Below are positions 27,952 to 31,560 of a stretch of 31,560 nucleotides of DNA, in pieces. The stretch lies in assembly GCA_051382335.1 (NCBI GenBank), contig JBBCAX010000418.1:1-31560 (forward strand), given 5' to 3'. Position numbers and translations under genes: made by a program. Positions within the stretch are counted from its first letter, which is position 1; the number at the start of each line of letters is the position of its first letter. The stretch is from Deltaproteobacteria bacterium TL4 (lineage in GTDB: Bacteria; SAR324; NAC60-12). The notes under the pieces were generated by a model. It had not been told where the DNA came from. It saw only the letters and a program-made list of their open reading frames with translations, and ran no database searches.

Positions 27952-29535
27952 TCAGGTTGAAGAATGGAGATCCTTCGGGGCCGCTGACAGCGATTTTTTG
28001 GCGACAAGCAAATATTGAAACGTGATAAAGTCTTTAAGCACAGGAAGTGCCAGTAGAAACGACAATTTATTGAATTTTGAAGGACGTTCCAGGAGACGAT
28101 AATTGGGGACCATGGTTTCTATGGAGAGTCCCGCATTTTCAAACAAAAAGCGCATGTTCTTTTTAGTAAAAAACCTTAAATGGGTGCGATCATGGATGCC
28201 TCTTTCACGATAGGGCCACTCGGCCTTAAAAATCAAACTCACCAACGTACTGTAATGCCGAACATTAGGCAGTGAGCTGATGATGACCCCTTCAGGTTTT
28301 AAGAAGGCGGAGTATTTGCTTAAGACACTCCAGGGGTCTTGAAGATGTTCCAAAACATCCGCGAAAATAATACAATCCACTGACTCTTGTTTCAGGGATT
28401 GAGATAAGTCGATACGTTCCGCGCTTCCCTGATAGACTTGATCGAGAACTTGAGACGCAACCTTTGACATGGCGTCATCGAGTTCCACACCATAAACTTG
28501 CGCTAGAGGAAACTTGGCTTTGATTTGTTTACCCAAGACGCCTGTACTGCAACCAACATCCAGAAAGGTCAACGCCTGAGGGGGAATTAACGCGATGATG
28601 TCATCTCTTTTCCCAATATAGGAAGGATTGAAGGCGCTTCCTCCCGCTTCCGAATTGGACGCGACATAGTGCTTATAGAAGTATTTTCCAGATTGAAAAT
28701 TATGTTTCAGCACAAACTGCAGTTTACGCCATGCGTTATGCTTGAATAAGGTATTCGTGGAGGAATCATCTTTATGTAGAACGTGTAGCTCGGCATTGAC
28801 ATATTCTTTCAAACCTTTCTGGTAAACACGCTCCGCGATAATACACTCTTCAAAGTATAAAAAAGTATGGGGATCCAGAGTGGAGAAATGTTGAAAATAG
28901 GCGGGAGTCAGGATGAAAAACGATCCGTGCACACAATAAATATATTCTGATTGACAACCGAAGGCGTATTGGTTGCGCGGTGACAAAAAAGCTTTCAACC
29001 GTTTGAGGTACTCCACCAAATAAAACAAGGGTTTTCCGAAGAATGTGCTGTATTGTAACTGATAAAGCCATCTCCGCGCAGAATGGTCCAGAGCTCGTTT
29101 TTGGATGTAAGGGTTTTGATTTTCCTGATTGTTCAAGTTCTTGATAGAAGGGCCGATCACCGCGATTTGAGTGTCCTTGAGATAAGTGTCTACAAGCGTT
29201 TGGAAAAAATTTACTGATTGAATCAAGATATCATTATTGGAACAGACCACGAACTCACAGCCCTCTTTTCGTGCCTGTTCAATCCCCAGATTTAAGCCTT
29301 GCGCAAACCCCAGGTTTTTGGATGCGCTTAAAAAACACACAGACGACAGCAAAGGGGAGACCTTTGCTTGGAAGGCCCGATATTTTTCTGAGCAGGATTG
29401 ATTGTCAACCATGTAAATCTGAACCGAAAATTGGTTGATGTCCGAACGTTCAACAAGCGATTCCAACAATTCATAGGAATCCTCATAGGTCAGAAAGTTT
29501 AGGATCACAAAACCAATTTTATTTTTTTTTCGCAT
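27952..29535 (-). CDS. Bifunctional glycosyltransferase family 2 (N-terminal) / class I SAM-dependent methyltransferase (C-terminal) fusion
   Basis: GT2: IGFVILNFLTYEDS, GFAQGLNLG, VVCSNND. MTase: motif I LDVGCSTGV, motif II/post-I VDCIIFADVLEHL, KPEGVIISS. The ATG at 29535 is preferred over the upstream TTG at 29628. Confidence 0.7.
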   Translation of the reverse strand: MRKKNKIGFVILNFLTYEDSYELLESLVERSDINQFSVQIYMVDNQSCSEKYRAFQAKVSPLLSSVCFLSASKNLGFAQGLNLGIEQARKEGCEFVVCSNNDILIQSVNFFQTLVDTYLKDTQIAVIGPSIKNLNNQENQNPYIQKRALDHSARRWLYQLQYSTFFGKPLFYLVEYLKRLKAFLSPRNQYAFGCQSEYIYCVHGSFFILTPAYFQHFSTLDPHTFLYFEECIIAERVYQKGLKEYVNAELHVLHKDDSSTNTLFKHNAWRKLQFVLKHNFQSGKYFYKHYVASNSEAGGSAFNPSYIGKRDDIIALIPPQALTFLDVGCSTGVLGKQIKAKFPLAQVYGVELDDAMSKVASQVLDQVYQGSAERIDLSQSLKQESVDCIIFADVLEHLQDPWSVLSKYSAFLKPEGVIISSLPNVRHYSTLVSLIFKAEWPYRERGIHDRTHLRFFTKKNMRFLFENAGLSIETMVPNYRLLERPSKFNKLSFLLALPVLKDFITFQYLLVAKKSLSAAPKDLHSST

Positions 29536-29663
29536 AGCGTTATTCTCGTCAGTGACAAGTTTTGAGAAAGGCCAGGGACCGATTATGAAAACGCCTTCTC
29601 CCGCTTGGACGCCTAGCCAAAAGCTCAAAACTCTTGAATTACTGATTTGATAGGTAAGGAGCG

Positions 29664-31169
29664 TTATCCCGAAATCTTGTTTTTGATCGTTTTCAGAGTG
29701 TTATAAACCCCCATCTGTCGTAACCTCTTTTTGGCTTTAGGTTTCAATTGATTGAGAAAGGTTTCAGGGTTAATGGGCGCACTCAGGACCTCCTTCCATA
29801 ATAATCCAATCATGGTTTCATAAAGTTTGTAATCAGGTGGTCTTCTGTATTTCTGGTCCACTGACAATAGCAAATCTAACAAATCACGGCAGTTAAAGGG
29901 AATATAGGTTTCTTGAGCGCAATCCCACTCTAACAGGGACATTGAAAGCCAGCTTCCCATTCGATGTTCCCAATAAAACAAATCCAGAATATTCAGCTTA
30001 AACGTTTTGGCCATAACCTGACCTTCTCTCAGCCATTGTCCAAAGTGCCTTACGGCAAACGCATTATGCTCCATCTCGGCCAACTGAGCCAAAGTCTGTG
30101 CCGTAATGACTTTAGGATAGGTCTCAGGATAATAATAACAACGGGCAATTTCACTGCAGTTTCCTTTAACACAAACTTTTTCTTGAGGATAGTTTTTTAA
30201 AACACCTTCCACAATATTTCCCAAGGCCTGATGAGCGTGATCGACATTACGCTCATAAAAGGCTTGAAACGCGGGACTCATTGCCGAAGAACAATCCAAA
30301 AGATGATGTTCCATCTCAAAAATCTTTAGCAGTTGTCGCGGAATATAGATATCCGGACTTTTGGGTGTGAGTTTATAATAGATCAGTGTATAGCAATAGA
30401 GCTGTTCTTTAAGCGTTTTACTGGCCGCAAGCAACGTTCGACTATCCCACCCCGCGGTCATCGGTAAGGCTAAATCGAAACGCTTTGATGCCGCAAGCAT
30501 GAGGTTTTTCAACAACAAGGCGGCCTGCTCCGCAACCGTTTCCAGTGACTGGGATTCCAGCGGCGACCAAGGCCAGAACCGCACCGTTTTTTTGGTTTTT
30601 AAATCATAGTAATGATTGGGCGGCAGTTGTTTAACGCCTGAATACAAAGACGTGCCCCCAGGGAGCCAGGCTTCTCTATCATTGGCGTAATAATCGCTGT
30701 TTAAATAATCTCGCTGAACCTCTGGACTTAAAGTCAGAGGAATTCTGGTCTTGAGGAGTCCAGGTTGTGAGGCAAAGTAAAAAGGTGCCTCTTCCGTGTA
30801 AAAAACGCTCCTCAAGCCCGCAGGATCATGAAAGATCAATTGGTGTTCAGGAAGGTCAACCATCAAGATCCAACGTCCTGAAAATCGGGAAGTATATTTA
30901 AAAAATTCCGGAAGTCTCTCCGTATAGTTTAACAATTCTTCCAAAACCTCACGATTACTTTGAAGAGGCGCCTGGGAATCAAAAACATAGCCTAAAAGCG
31001 TTAAGTGCTTTTCCCTGAGAGAAACTTGAGTCAATTCAAGTTCGGGGTGATTTTGCAAAAATAAACCACAGGACAACTCCGTTTGAGTCCATCCCGCAAA
31101 AGACTCACAAGGGAAGTCACTCATTAAAAACTGTCTGCGAAATAATTGGCTCTGTTGGAAGTCTCTCAA
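29664..31169 (-). CDS. Asparagine-synthetase-like (AsnB family) PP-loop amidotransferase/amide-ligase homologue lacking the N-terminal catalytic Cys
   Basis: WILMVDLPEHQLIFHDPAGLRSVFYTEEAPFYFASQP matches the AsnB MFAFALWD...ARDRLGIKPLYY...FASE region. LPMTAGWDSRTLLAA matches the SGGLDS PP-loop. There is no Cys2; the N-terminus is MRDFQQ and the start is TTG. The start codon is uncertain. Confidence 0.5.
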   Translation of the reverse strand: MRDFQQSQLFRRQFLMSDFPCESFAGWTQTELSCGLFLQNHPELELTQVSLREKHLTLLGYVFDSQAPLQSNREVLEELLNYTERLPEFFKYTSRFSGRWILMVDLPEHQLIFHDPAGLRSVFYTEEAPFYFASQPGLLKTRIPLTLSPEVQRDYLNSDYYANDREAWLPGGTSLYSGVKQLPPNHYYDLKTKKTVRFWPWSPLESQSLETVAEQAALLLKNLMLAASKRFDLALPMTAGWDSRTLLAASKTLKEQLYCYTLIYYKLTPKSPDIYIPRQLLKIFEMEHHLLDCSSAMSPAFQAFYERNVDHAHQALGNIVEGVLKNYPQEKVCVKGNCSEIARCYYYPETYPKVITAQTLAQLAEMEHNAFAVRHFGQWLREGQVMAKTFKLNILDLFYWEHRMGSWLSMSLLEWDCAQETYIPFNCRDLLDLLLSVDQKYRRPPDYKLYETMIGLLWKEVLSAPINPETFLNQLKPKAKKRLRQMGVYNTLKTIKNKISG

Positions 31170-31560
31170 TTCTGTTTCTTATCCCGGTGTGTTTTTTAAA
31201 GTGCTCCCTATTGAGGGAAGGGGGTTTTTAGCATGAACGAGGCTACAATAAAAGCTGATTTATGTGGACGCGGCCGAATGCACAATTTTCCCAGTCTGAT
31301 AAATGACTTGTTCCTCCAAATCCCGTATTTCTGTATGAATTTCGTTTAAAACTTTTTTGGCATAAAGACGAACCGTGTTAGGGATAAACAGAGGGTTTCT
31401 GAATTGTGTCACAATTCCTTGGGGGTAAGCGGGCAGGGCTGTTCATTTCTAAAAAAACTTGCTATACATGGCGTTTTTAAGGCATTTTAACGTTCCATCT
31501 AAAGGGATTTTCTATGTTAGCAAGCTTTCTATTTCAGGTAAAAGATCACAGGCGTAAGCA

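Noticed and set aside
29664-31560. Lasso-peptide biosynthetic cluster hypothesis for the AsnB-like gene
   Set aside because: No B-protein (transglutaminase-like protease) or PqqD-like RRE is visible, and the adjacent gene is a GT2/MTase. It is kept only as a low-probability alternative, dependent on sequence beyond the window.
1-31560. CRISPR arrays, integrase/transposase genes, and prophage or defence-island signatures
   Set aside because: The only notable direct repeats are the in-frame 21-bp units at 27580-27663. No recombinase or nuclease genes were recognised. The tRNA-Ser is not flanked by an obvious inserted element.

Overview
This is a bacterial chromosomal window of about 45-50% GC, made up mostly of conserved housekeeping genes with a few accessory-looking insertions. 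The recognisable core reads: ctc/L25, pth, ychF; rpsF, rpsR, rplI, dnaB; a 7Fe ferredoxin, yceD, rpmF, plsX; convergent moeA; clpP followed directly by a fused ABC exporter; ybaB, dnaX, a candidate SRP RNA and tRNA-Ser(GGA); a crotonase; hflC; and a periplasmic binding protein paired with a hybrid Cache/PAS histidine kinase. There are no CRISPR arrays, integrases or transposases. Several loci do not fit the core pattern. (1) At the 3' end, a minus-strand operon encodes an AsnB-like PP-loop amidotransferase with a degenerate glutaminase domain, then a GT2 glycosyltransferase/SAM-methyltransferase fusion, then a tail-anchored coiled-coil protein whose heptads are encoded by near-perfect 21-bp tandem DNA repeats. 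(2) A minus-strand operon encodes a MinD/ParA-like ATPase with a long C-terminal extension, a Cys/His-rich small protein, an O-antigen-ligase (Wzy_C)-like membrane protein, and moeA. (3) At the 5' end is a stand-alone helical-domain plus phosphohistidine-swivel protein that looks like the C-terminal two-thirds of a rifampin-phosphotransferase/PpsA-like enzyme, possibly a split gene. (4) A degenerate EAL-like protein sits between dnaB and the ferredoxin. All domain calls come from motif recognition by eye; no database search was run. Many starts in the ORF track are upstream TTG/GTG codons and were corrected where a better ATG with a Shine-Dalgarno exists.
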